DNA of 64,000 nucleotides from Geopsychrobacteraceae bacterium. Its GTDB lineage: Bacteria > Desulfobacterota > Desulfuromonadia > Desulfuromonadales > Geopsychrobacteraceae. Shown here piece by piece: positions 9,544 to 22,443 of the stretch. The notes under the pieces are model-generated. The model was given only the letters and a program-made list of their open reading frames with translations. It was not told where the DNA came from and ran no database searches. Made by a program: the position numbers and the translations under genes. How positions within the stretch are numbered: the first letter of the stretch is position 1; each line of letters starts with the position of its first letter. The DNA lies in NCBI GenBank assembly GCA_963676795.2, contig CAXXTB010000001.1, positions 864,001 through 928,000 on the forward strand, written 5' to 3'.

Positions 9544-10166
9544 AAATCCCCCTCAAGCACAGAACGCACATAACGGCTGGCTGCAGATTGAGTCCGGCAG
9601 CTCTTCGGCAGGCAGATTGAAAGCAATGAGCACTGGTCACATTTGGCCGAATATTCCGCAGTGGGAGTCTTACCGCTCTCCAGCAGCGTATGAACCTTTT
9701 GACAGATCGCTTCGGTTAGCTCGCGCAGTTCGGCATCGAAAGCAATCTCCTTGCGCCGCTGTTTCTGGCCGTAGAACAGAGCGCCTGCCGCAATGTTGAC
9801 ATTCAGCATCTCTTCCAGGCAGAGCGCTTGGGCGCAGAGCTGCACCTCGTCACAACGGTCGGACTTGGGGCGACCGCGTTTGTATTCGACGGGGAAGACT
9901 TGGCCGTTATCGTGAAATTCGACAACATCGGCCTGCCCACTTAAGCCTAACCTTGAAGAACAGAGTGGCAAAGAACGGACAATGCGCACATCTCCACGCC
10001 GTTCAGCCCTGCCGCTGTCAGCCCGTTCGTGCAGCACCTTGCCTTCTGCCGTGTAGCGGTTTTCCGCCCACTGCTGTTCCAGATGGATCAGGGCGCACTG
10101 GCGAGGGCAGTATAGGTAATGCTGCAACGCCGAGAGCATGATGTAGTCATCTTCCTGATAACTCAT
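9528..10166 (-). CDS. cas4: Cas4 exonuclease
   Basis: LSALQHYLYCPRQCALIH, G.ADVVE, PVEYKRG, QLCAQALCLEE, C-terminal CxxC..C; start ATG 10166 overlaps upstream stop (ATGA). Confidence 0.97.
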   Translation of the reverse strand: MSYQEDDYIMLSALQHYLYCPRQCALIHLEQQWAENRYTAEGKVLHERADSGRAERRGDVRIVRSLPLCSSRLGLSGQADVVEFHDNGQVFPVEYKRGRPKSDRCDEVQLCAQALCLEEMLNVNIAAGALFYGQKQRRKEIAFDAELRELTEAICQKVHTLLESGKTPTAEYSAKCDQCSLLSICLPKSCRTQSAASRYVRSVLEGDLCEKC

Positions 10167-10660
10167 CGCTCTTTCCGCTGCTGAACGGATTGCTGGTAGG
10201 TTCGATCGAGCTCGGTCAGAAGCTTGTCGACATCCTTTTGGCGATGGTAAGAATCCTTCGATTTTTCCGTCAGATGGCGGGTGCCTTTGATGTCGCTTTC
10301 CTGCAGAGAAAACGCCCAACCGCCGAGCTGGCGCGAAATCTTGCGCGCTAGCAATTTCAAATCTGAAATTTGAGATTTGAGATGATCGAATGGCTTCAGC
10401 CTTTCGATTACATGGCAGATGGAGCGAACCTCTCCGGCGGAGCCTTTGGCGTAATAGAGAAACTGGATCAGTTCCGGCGTGGTCCCACGCTCGAACCCTT
10501 CGGCGATATTGTTCGGAACCGACAGCGCCGCCCGCTGCAGCTGGTTGGCGATATCGCCGCGACCGTGGAAAGAGCGATCTTCAGTCACCTGAAAGACCCG
10601 GGTTGTCAGGGTGATGCCATCCTTCCAGACCGGAACGTCTTCAAAGTTTTCATACTTCAT
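10163..10660 (-). CDS. Four-helix-bundle protein (23S rRNA IVS-protein / Avd-like family) inserted in cas operon
   Basis: FEDVPVW..QLQRAALSVPNNIAEGFER..QFLYYAKGSAGEVRS family signature; RBS GGAGGGG. Confidence 0.88.
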   Translation of the reverse strand: MKYENFEDVPVWKDGITLTTRVFQVTEDRSFHGRGDIANQLQRAALSVPNNIAEGFERGTTPELIQFLYYAKGSAGEVRSICHVIERLKPFDHLKSQISDLKLLARKISRQLGGWAFSLQESDIKGTRHLTEKSKDSYHRQKDVDKLLTELDRTYQQSVQQRKER

Positions 10661-10693
10661 CGTTTCCCCTCCGCGGTAGCCACCGCTACCGCG

Positions 10694-10767
10694 ATTTCAG
10701 ATTTGAAATCTCAGATCTCAGATCGCCAACGGCGTCACTGTGAAATATGAAATCTGAGATTTGAGAT
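10694..10767. repeat. Heptamer tandem repeats in inverted arrangement upstream of the four-helix-bundle gene
   Basis: ATTTCAG ATTTGAA ATCTCAG ATCTCAG (10694-10721) and ATATGAA ATCTGAG ATTTGAG (10745-10765); a third tract lies inside the gene at 10354-10383. Confidence 0.8.
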
Positions 10768-10856
10768 CGGGTTCAGTTCGTAATAGTCCAGTCGCAAGTT
10801 GATATGCAAGGGTGGGTACAAATTGTCCCCACCCCTTTAGCCCATTTATTCTGATT

Positions 10857-11723
10857 TTATAGAAGTTTAAGAACTTCAACACCTGCCGGAGCCTGCCCAA
10901 TCGTTACGTTATAATCCTTGAACGACCTAGCCGGACCTTCGGTGTGGTTGTTGCGCTGAATGTCGATCAGATCGAACAGCTTATGCGCCGGAGCATTACC
11001 GAGCTTATCCTGATGTTTGAAAACAATCAGTTTCTGGCTGCTCATCAATCCCCGCGCAGCCGAGCGGTCATGCTCGAACATGTTAATCAGGGCATTCCAG
11101 AGCAGCTCCAGATCCTCCTCAGAAAAACCGGTTTTCTCAGCCAATGGAGCAGATATAAAACCCTGAGCGACATACAGCCCATAGGGAACAATATGTTTGC
11201 GGCCCATGGTTCGTTCTTTCTCCAGATCTTCTTCTTTTGTCACTGCCATACGGGTGATACTGATTTCCTGCGAAAGGATCGGCTCAACACTTTTGGCAAA
11301 AGCCAACTGCACCGGCCCGCGAACCTGACCGCAGTTAACCTCAGTCGTCATAACAGCGCCGAAACTACGAATATCATAGAAATTTTCACACATCCATTTT
11401 GTCACAGCCTGTGCTTCTTCAACTTTTTTTGGTAGCTTTTTCCCTTTTCTATCGGGAGTTAAATTATAGGCTTTGTAGGCCAATTCGTTGGTGCGATTGA
11501 GTACCGCCTTCTCCTGCACATAGATATTGAATCCTTCTCCCCCCTCTTTGGCCAGTGCCACATGGTTGCGGATCTTGCGCTTCAGACAAACATCGGTCAC
11601 CAGTCCATGTCCGGTTTCAGGATCAATGCGAGGCATATTGCCGGCATCTGGATCGCCGTTGGGGTTGCCGTTTTGAACATCGAACAATAGAGCGAATTCG
11701 TAGCGATTAGAAATAGCAGTCAT
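10857..11723 (-). CDS. cas7: Type I-C Cas7 (Csd2)
   Basis: NRYEF..GNPNGDPDAGNMPRID..TDVCLKRKIRN, DIRSFGAV, FEHDRSAARG. Confidence 0.97.
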   Translation of the reverse strand: MTAISNRYEFALLFDVQNGNPNGDPDAGNMPRIDPETGHGLVTDVCLKRKIRNHVALAKEGGEGFNIYVQEKAVLNRTNELAYKAYNLTPDRKGKKLPKKVEEAQAVTKWMCENFYDIRSFGAVMTTEVNCGQVRGPVQLAFAKSVEPILSQEISITRMAVTKEEDLEKERTMGRKHIVPYGLYVAQGFISAPLAEKTGFSEEDLELLWNALINMFEHDRSAARGLMSSQKLIVFKHQDKLGNAPAHKLFDLIDIQRNNHTEGPARSFKDYNVTIGQAPAGVEVLKLL

Positions 11724-11725
11724 GA

Positions 11726-16514
<4,789 letters not shown>

Positions 16515-16730
16515 CACTCCTCCTGCAAAAACAGCTACCAAGACCATAAAAGAGAAATGTTACCACTCAATTACAGAAATGCCCTCCTGTCATTTTAAGA
16601 CGTTCGGCATTTGCTCAGTTGGATTCGCAACGCTAGTTTTTTCTGGCTGTGTGACAGAATAAGTCACGATGATGGGTTTTTGTGATGGGTAAACCAAAGG
16701 AAGTTGCTGGCCGTGCCCCTACGATCTGGG

Positions 16731-17615
16731 TTACCCCTTCCTCCCCCTAATCCTCTGGCAAAGCAACCCCGCAACAATCAGGATCAGGCCGATAAAGGTG
16801 GATGGCAGGATTCTTTCTCCTACCAGCAGGTAGATGAAAATCAGCGAGAGAAAGGGGGAGAGGAAGATCAGGTTGCTGATTCTGGCCGTGTTGTCGGTCA
16901 GTTTGAGGGCCATCAGCCAGAGGACGAAACAGATCCCCATTTCAAAGAAGCCGACGTAGATCGCTCCCCATAAACCGGCCAAGGGTGGCAGGTGAACGGG
17001 CTCAGTCAGCAGATAATAGATAAAGATCAACGGCAGGCCGAAGGCAAAATTGATGAACAGGGCGACGATCGGGTCACGCCGGTCGCGGGTGTTGAAGATC
17101 CAGTAGAGAGCCCAGAGGACGGTGCTGCCCAGCGCCAGGGCGACGCCTGTGGCCGAGCTGAACTGCAGGCTGAACGGGTGCCCTTCGGTTGAGATGATCA
17201 CCACTCCGCAGTAGCTGATGACCAGGGCCAGCCATTGCTGCCACTTGATTTTCTGCTTGAGCAGCGGGACGGCGAGCAGCGACAGGGTGATCGCCCAGGT
17301 GTAATTGAGTGGTTGGGCCTGCTGCGCCGGGAGAAGGTCATAGGCCTTGAACAGTACCAGGTAATAGAGGAAGGGGTTGAGCGCGCCGAGCAGCAGGGAG
17401 AGCAGATAGTCCTTTTTGTTGCCGGTGAAAACCTGCCCGAATTTGCCCTGGATGACCAGGATGCCCGCAAGGACAAAGGTGGAGACCAGGGCCGAATAGA
17501 GCAGCAGTTCCACCGGAGTCAGATAGCGCAGCGAGAGTTTGAAGGCCGTCGCGACTGTCGACCAGAGCAGGACTGTGCACAAGGCGTAGCAGAGTGCTTT
17601 GGTTTGCCGGGTCAT
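16731..17615 (-). CDS. EamA/DMT family transporter
   Basis: 10-TM pattern, LWSTVATAFK, LNYTWAI..LAVPLLKQKI, LVGE. Confidence 0.9.
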   Translation of the reverse strand: MTRQTKALCYALCTVLLWSTVATAFKLSLRYLTPVELLLYSALVSTFVLAGILVIQGKFGQVFTGNKKDYLLSLLLGALNPFLYYLVLFKAYDLLPAQQAQPLNYTWAITLSLLAVPLLKQKIKWQQWLALVISYCGVVIISTEGHPFSLQFSSATGVALALGSTVLWALYWIFNTRDRRDPIVALFINFAFGLPLIFIYYLLTEPVHLPPLAGLWGAIYVGFFEMGICFVLWLMALKLTDNTARISNLIFLSPFLSLIFIYLLVGERILPSTFIGLILIVAGLLCQRIRGRKG

Positions 17616-18502
17616 AGGGCGCGTCGCGTTCTGCGTCTGAGAATCAGGATGACCAGACCGAGGAAGATCAGCAGGATACCGCAGGCTGCGCTGCTGTTGA
17701 GTTTTTCCCCCAGGACCAGGACCCCGAGGGTGGCGGCCGTCATCGGTTCGGCCAGCGTAAGGGTTGTTGCCGTCGAAACCTGTACCGTCTGCAGTCCCCT
17801 GGCAAAGAACCAGTAGGAGAGGGCCATGGTCGCCAGCCCCAGGTGGAGAACGACGAGCAGGGATCTTGGCTGGAAAAGCCAGCTTGTATCGAGCTGGATC
17901 AGCGCCGGCAGGAGGAAGATTGCGCCCCCGCAGGTCATGACCGCAATCACGGCGTTGGGTGTCTGGACGCGCAGGATCTTTTTGATCATCAGCGTGTAGA
18001 GCGCATAGGATGCCCCGGCGGCAATGGCCAGCAGGATACCGATCAGGTCGACATCGATATCCGCTCCGCCGAGTGAGAGGAAGGCGCAGCCGGCAATGGC
18101 CAGCAGGGTGGCGAAAAACCAGCGCCGCCCTGGTTTTTCCCTGAGGCCGATCCAGCCGAACAGTCCGCCGGCAATCGGGGCACTGCCGATACCGACGATG
18201 GTGCCGACCGCGACACCGGTGCGTGCGACAGCCGAAAAGAAACAGACCTGGTAGGCCGCTGTAAATAGCGAACCGATGACAACCGCCAGTAGAGGCCAGT
18301 CTTTCAGTTTGCCCAGCTCTTTGCGCCGGATGACCAGAATCAGCAGGGCCAGACCACCGATCAGCAGGCGTAGCGCGCCGATGACCTTCGGATCGAAGCC
18401 GGAGGGAGCGAAAGCCTGGGCCGTGCCGGTCGTTCCCCAGAGAAACGCGGCCGCGATGATCAGCCAGGGGCCATGGTTTTTGTCAGATTGGCTAGATAGC
18501 AT
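17612..18502 (-). CDS. EamA/DMT family transporter
   Basis: LWGTTGTAQ, TGVAVGTIVGIG, LTLAEPMTAATLGVLVLGE; start placed at ATG 18502, just after the upstream stop. Confidence 0.88.
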   Translation of the reverse strand: MLSSQSDKNHGPWLIIAAAFLWGTTGTAQAFAPSGFDPKVIGALRLLIGGLALLILVIRRKELGKLKDWPLLAVVIGSLFTAAYQVCFFSAVARTGVAVGTIVGIGSAPIAGGLFGWIGLREKPGRRWFFATLLAIAGCAFLSLGGADIDVDLIGILLAIAAGASYALYTLMIKKILRVQTPNAVIAVMTCGGAIFLLPALIQLDTSWLFQPRSLLVVLHLGLATMALSYWFFARGLQTVQVSTATTLTLAEPMTAATLGVLVLGEKLNSSAACGILLIFLGLVILILRRRTRRAL

Positions 18503-18507
18503 AAGGG

Positions 18508-19836
18508 TCACCGGGGGGTGGCGCGAAATAGCGGCAGTTGTTTGTGGAGCGGCCACTGCAGGGCCGCCATCGCCAGCAGGCGGCCGCTGACATAGGCGAT
18601 CGATGCAGCGACAGCTCCGGCCAACGGGGAATATAGCACCAGGATGGCCAGGACAGCGAATATTCCGACAGCTTCCAACCCCGATATCCAGGACACCGGC
18701 TTGGTCTTGCGGGTGACGATCAGCAGCGAGCGCTGCATGCAGATCATGACCGTAGTCGCCGGAAAGATGACGTTGATTTGCAGCGGCAGCAGGGCGAACT
18801 CGGTCAACTCCAGGCTTAAGCCGGAGAGGTTATGGAACCACAGCCGGCTCAAGGGGGTGAAGGCAATCAGGCCGAGGATGACAAAAACCGTGAGCGCCAG
18901 TCCTGACGCGAAGTTTCTGATCAGGCGGTAGTTGGCTCTGTTCTCGCTCAAGAAGGAGATGGCGACCTCCTGGTAGGAGAGGCCAAGCGCCCGAAAAATG
19001 AAGGTCAGTCCGTAGATGACCGGCATGACTGCCAATGATTCCAGGGCGAAAAGACTTTTGCCGAGAAAAAAGGTGACCATCGGGTGAACGGCCAGGGCGA
19101 TAAAGGGGGTTAGCGCCAGCGGCAGATAGTAATCGCCGATGTCACGATAGCTCATCAGCGCTGTGCCCTCAGGCAGATCTCTGGATAAAACCTGCCTGAC
19201 CGCGTGGCGGGCCAGGTAGCGGGTCAGCAGGGCTTCGGCCGTGACACCGCAGGAGAGCGCCAGGGCGCCGATCGAGGCGCCGTTCGGCTGGCTGAAATGA
19301 AAACAGATCATGGCGGTAGAAGCCATGACCGTCAGGCGCAGCACGGTGGCGAAGGCGACCCGCCTGGTCTTGTGCGCTGAGATCAGCAGCCCCTGATAGA
19401 AACGCCGGACACCGATCATGCCGGGCCAGGCCAACAGGCAGATCAGCGCGCCATGGGTGATTGACGCAATATTGTCAGGCAGCCCGAGAACAGTGCGGAT
19501 GATCAGGTTGAAGACCGGGGGGAGCAGGAAGATGATCATTACCAGGGTGACCGCCAGGCTCAGGAACAGGGAAAAATTGCGTAACTTCTGGTAGTGCAGG
19601 CGATCACGGCAGAGCGCCGTGCTGGCACTCATCAGCATGATGACCGGCGATTCCATGACCAGGGCAAAGGCGAAGGCCACACCGTAGGCGGCCAGATTCT
19701 CTTTTTCCGCTCCCAGGCGGGCAATGATCGCCGCGATGTAGGGGCCTTCGACGGACATCATGATCCAGGTGGCCGCCAGCGGCAGCCAGAAGCGAAAGAT
19801 TTGTTTGTAACTTGTAGTCGGCGCTGTTTCGGTCAT
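18508..19836 (-). CDS. MATE/ANKH-like multi-pass membrane protein
   Basis: 12-TM-like hydrophobic pattern, FWLPLAATW, AIIARL, LAAYGVA, ESPVIML; start ATG 19836 preferred. Confidence 0.7.
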   Translation of the reverse strand: MTETAPTTSYKQIFRFWLPLAATWIMMSVEGPYIAAIIARLGAEKENLAAYGVAFAFALVMESPVIMLMSASTALCRDRLHYQKLRNFSLFLSLAVTLVMIIFLLPPVFNLIIRTVLGLPDNIASITHGALICLLAWPGMIGVRRFYQGLLISAHKTRRVAFATVLRLTVMASTAMICFHFSQPNGASIGALALSCGVTAEALLTRYLARHAVRQVLSRDLPEGTALMSYRDIGDYYLPLALTPFIALAVHPMVTFFLGKSLFALESLAVMPVIYGLTFIFRALGLSYQEVAISFLSENRANYRLIRNFASGLALTVFVILGLIAFTPLSRLWFHNLSGLSLELTEFALLPLQINVIFPATTVMICMQRSLLIVTRKTKPVSWISGLEAVGIFAVLAILVLYSPLAGAVAASIAYVSGRLLAMAALQWPLHKQLPLFRATPR

Positions 19837-19997
19837 GAGATCATTGATTTGGAAGCTGTTGAATACTGGCTCTGATTCAAGTGGGACAGGAGGCTGACAG
19901 GACACTAGCCCATTTAGACTCCCTTATAAAGGGTAATTTGCGCAGCGCTGCACAAATATCTGGATATTTTTCACACGGATTGCTAACCTTAAGTGAA

Positions 19998-20141
19998 CTA
20001 TTCTCAGGGCGGGGTGCGATTCCCCACCGGCGGTAACCCGATTCTGTTCGGGAAGCCCGCGAGCGCCTTCAGTGTCTGAAGGGTCAGCAGATCTGGTGCG
20101 ATTCCAGAGCCGACGGTCATAGTCCGGATGAAAGAGGATAG
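19998..20141 (+). ncRNA. FMN riboswitch (RFN element)
   Basis: CTCAGGGCGGGGTGCGATTCCCCACCGGCGGT..AGCCCGCGAGCG..GTCAGCAGATCTGGTG..ATTCCAGAGCCGACGGT..AGTCCGGATGAAAGAGGAT upstream of ribB; downstream CGCCCTGA is complementary to the 5' aptamer. Confidence 0.97.
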
Positions 20142-20225
20142 GCCAGAAACGACCCTGTCATTGTGATTTCCGTTCTTGCCTGTCTCAACGCCCTGATTCA
20201 TGACCACATTTTACGGAGTAATGAC

Positions 20226-20885
20226 ATGAATCAGTCTAACTGCCAGTTGTTTGGAACCCCTTTCCAGCGTGTTGAACGCGCCCTGACCGCACTGCGTAAC
20301 GGTGGCGGTGTCCTGGTGACCGATGATGAGGACCGGGAAAACGAAGGGGATATTATCTATTCGACCGATTTTCTGACCAAGGAGCAGATGGCCCTGCTGA
20401 TCCGCGAATGCAGCGGCATCGTCTGCCTCTGCCTGACCGAAGAGAAGATCGAGCAGCTGGGGTTGCCGATGATGGTGGAAGCCAACAACAGCCAGTACGG
20501 CACGGCTTTCACTGTGACGATCGAAGCGGCTCAAGGCGTGACCACCGGTGTTTCGGCAGCAGACCGTGTAGCGACCATCAAAGCTGCCGCGGCAGCTGAT
20601 GCCAAACCTGAAGATCTGCACAGCCCCGGCCATGTGTTTCCATTGCGAGCTCGCAACGGAGGCGTTCTGGAGCGGCGCGGACATACCGAGGCGACCGTCG
20701 ATCTGATGCGCCTCGCCGGTCTGAGCCCTTCCGGGGTGCTCTGTGAGGTGACCCTGCCGAACGGCGAAATGGCCCGCCTGCCCGACCTGATCAAGTTCTC
20801 CGAAGCGCGCTACATGCCGCTGGTGACCATCGACGATATCGTTCAGTACCGTCTGGCGCAGCAGGAGCAGCGCGAAGTCATTTAG
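20226..20885 (+). CDS. ribB: 3,4-dihydroxy-2-butanone-4-phosphate synthase
   Basis: [38 protein letters not shown]. Confidence 0.97.
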   Translation: MNQSNCQLFGTPFQRVERALTALRNGGGVLVTDDEDRENEGDIIYSTDFLTKEQMALLIRECSGIVCLCLTEEKIEQLGLPMMVEANNSQYGTAFTVTIEAAQGVTTGVSAADRVATIKAAAAADAKPEDLHSPGHVFPLRARNGGVLERRGHTEATVDLMRLAGLSPSGVLCEVTLPNGEMARLPDLIKFSEARYMPLVTIDDIVQYRLAQQEQREVI

Positions 20886-21026
20886 TTTTCAGTCGGAAAC
20901 GGCCCTTTTCCGCCGTGGCGACGTCAATCTGCTGGTTTGCTTGTGCGGCGTAAAGCACTACGCCTCCGCACAAACCTTTGATTTCCTTGCCACAACGAAA
21001 AATTGCTCGTTTCCAATCTGAAAACT
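20884..21026. repeat. Palindromic ~140-bp non-coding element (MITE/REP-like)
   Basis: Ends AGTTTTCAG-TCGGAAAC / GTTTCCAATCTGAAAACT are inverted; central hairpin TGTGCGG-CGTA..TACG-CCT-CCGCACA. Confidence 0.65.
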
Positions 21027-21055
21027 TATGAAAACGCCGCAACGCGGAGCTTTTC

Positions 21056-21439
21056 CGGTTCTGCCCATTAGATAAGCGAAGCTTATCGTCGGGCGCGTTG
21101 TCAGATGCTGGTGTGTGCCTACGAAGAGATGCAGGCATAAAAATGACATATTAATTAAAGAGCCATTTTTGCTTCCTTTTTGGGGCTCCGGCCAAAAAGG
21201 AAGGCGGCATTCGGGGCCGCGACCCCGTGGTCTTGATTTTTTCTTTAAAAAGCATAAATCAAAATCGCCGGTTTTCGCACCGGCAGGCGACACACTTTTC
21301 TTTGGTCGCAAAGAAAAGTGTGCAAAAGAAACTTTTTGAAAACACTGACGTAAGCCGTTCTGGTCGACTACAAGCGGCTCGCACCAGCCAGACGGAAGGC
21401 GCCCAACGATGAGCTGCGCTCATCTGACGGGCAGAACCG
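21056..21439. mobile_element. ~385-bp element with ~60-bp imperfect terminal inverted repeats and internal hairpins (REPIN/MITE-like)
   Basis: Left arm CGGTTCTGCCC ATTAGATAAGCGAAGCTTATCGTCGGGCGC vs reverse complement of right arm CGGTTCTGCCC GTCAGATGAGCGCAGCTCATCGTTGGGCGC; perfect inner stems 21172-21203 (12 bp) and 21291-21322 (14 bp). Confidence 0.6.
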
Positions 21440-21477
21440 AAATACCGGCACAGCGATTTCTCGCTGTGCCGGTATTT
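21440..21477. terminator. Perfect 17-bp hairpin just downstream of the Eda-like gene
   Basis: AAATACCGGCACAGCGA-TTTC-TCGCTGTGCCGGTATTT. Confidence 0.7.
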
Positions 21478-21480
21478 TAT

Positions 21481-22149
21481 TTAGAGGAACTGCTGATAGT
21501 ACTGCGGGCTTTTGCCGATCATCTTCGGTTTGGCCTTGGCCATGGCGACCTTGGCCTGCTGGGTGATGATATTCCAGTCTCCCGCCGCGATCTGTTGTTT
21601 GGTTGCGATCCAGAAAGCTCCGACATTGGCGACGATCGGCATGGTCAGATAGTCATTCATGTTGTGGATATTGACCCCGCCAAACGCCGAAAACCTGACA
21701 TCGTAGCCGTTACAGGGTTCGGACAGAGCTTTTAGCATGTTGAGCCCGCCCGCCATTTCGGCCGGAAAGAAGATCTGCAACTGACAGCCGAGTTCCAGTG
21801 CCAGTTCAACCTCCGAGGGGGTCATGATGCTGGGGAAGAAAATGACGCCCTGCTCCTTGAAATAGTTAACGACCTTGGGGTTGAGCCCTGGCGATGAGGC
21901 AAAACAGGCGCCGGCATCGATGACCGGTTTTGCTCTTTCGACAGACAACACCGCCCCTGAACCGACCAGCATGTCGGGAAGTGCTTCTCGGATGGTGCTG
22001 ATCGCCTGGGCTGTGGCACCGGTTCTCGAGGTGATCTTGACGATGTCGATGCCGCCTTCGAGCAGCGCTTCTGCCAGGGGAATTGCAGAGTCTGCATCGT
22101 CCAGATTGACAATCGGGATTACGGGACGTTGGACTATTTGTTCTAACAT
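21481..22149 (-). CDS. KDPG/KHG aldolase (Eda) paralogue lacking canonical catalytic residues
   Basis: Aligns end to end with eda at 24467-25096 but has KITSRT (vs EITFRT), GSGA (vs GAGT), QIFFPA (vs QKFFPA), SAFGG (vs CPTGG), GAFW (vs GGSW); RBS AAGGAGGG, intact ORF. Confidence 0.85.
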   Translation of the reverse strand: MLEQIVQRPVIPIVNLDDADSAIPLAEALLEGGIDIVKITSRTGATAQAISTIREALPDMLVGSGAVLSVERAKPVIDAGACFASSPGLNPKVVNYFKEQGVIFFPSIMTPSEVELALELGCQLQIFFPAEMAGGLNMLKALSEPCNGYDVRFSAFGGVNIHNMNDYLTMPIVANVGAFWIATKQQIAAGDWNIITQQAKVAMAKAKPKMIGKSPQYYQQFL

Positions 22150-22443
22150 GGTGAAACCCTCCTTTTGTGGGTGCCCGTAACGCTGCGTCTCCAGCCGGGA
22201 AATCGTGGAGAGCATGTCGTTGATCGCTGATACATACCAATTATAGCAGGACTTAATCTACATGTAACAAGTTACTTGCAATAAGGTTGAGTTTTTTTAC
22301 GTCAGTGGGGAATTGCGGATGGGCAGAGGGCTTTCCTGACAGAAAATCTGCATGACAAGTTGTTGACACTGGATTATATTTGCCCGGATACAGTCCGGGA
22401 ATTTCCGCTATTTTTACCTTCTCCTTTGGAACCAAACTGCCCT

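Noticed and set aside
10167..10319. N-terminal extension of Cas4 in the ORF track
   Set aside because: It overlaps the four-helix-bundle gene; Cas4 homology starts at ATG 10166.
10163..10660. Avd-like gene as part of a diversity-generating retroelement
   Set aside because: No reverse transcriptase and no template/variable repeat pair in the window.
10788..10850. Stem-loop after cas7 as another degenerate CRISPR repeat
   Set aside because: GGGTGGG-TACAAATTGTC-CCCACCC has no ATTGAAA handle or GTC start; more likely an mRNA-stabilising or attenuating hairpin.
16694..16707. AAGGAAGTTGC upstream of cas3 as a second guide target
   Set aside because: Seed mismatch at position 2 and no TTC PAM.
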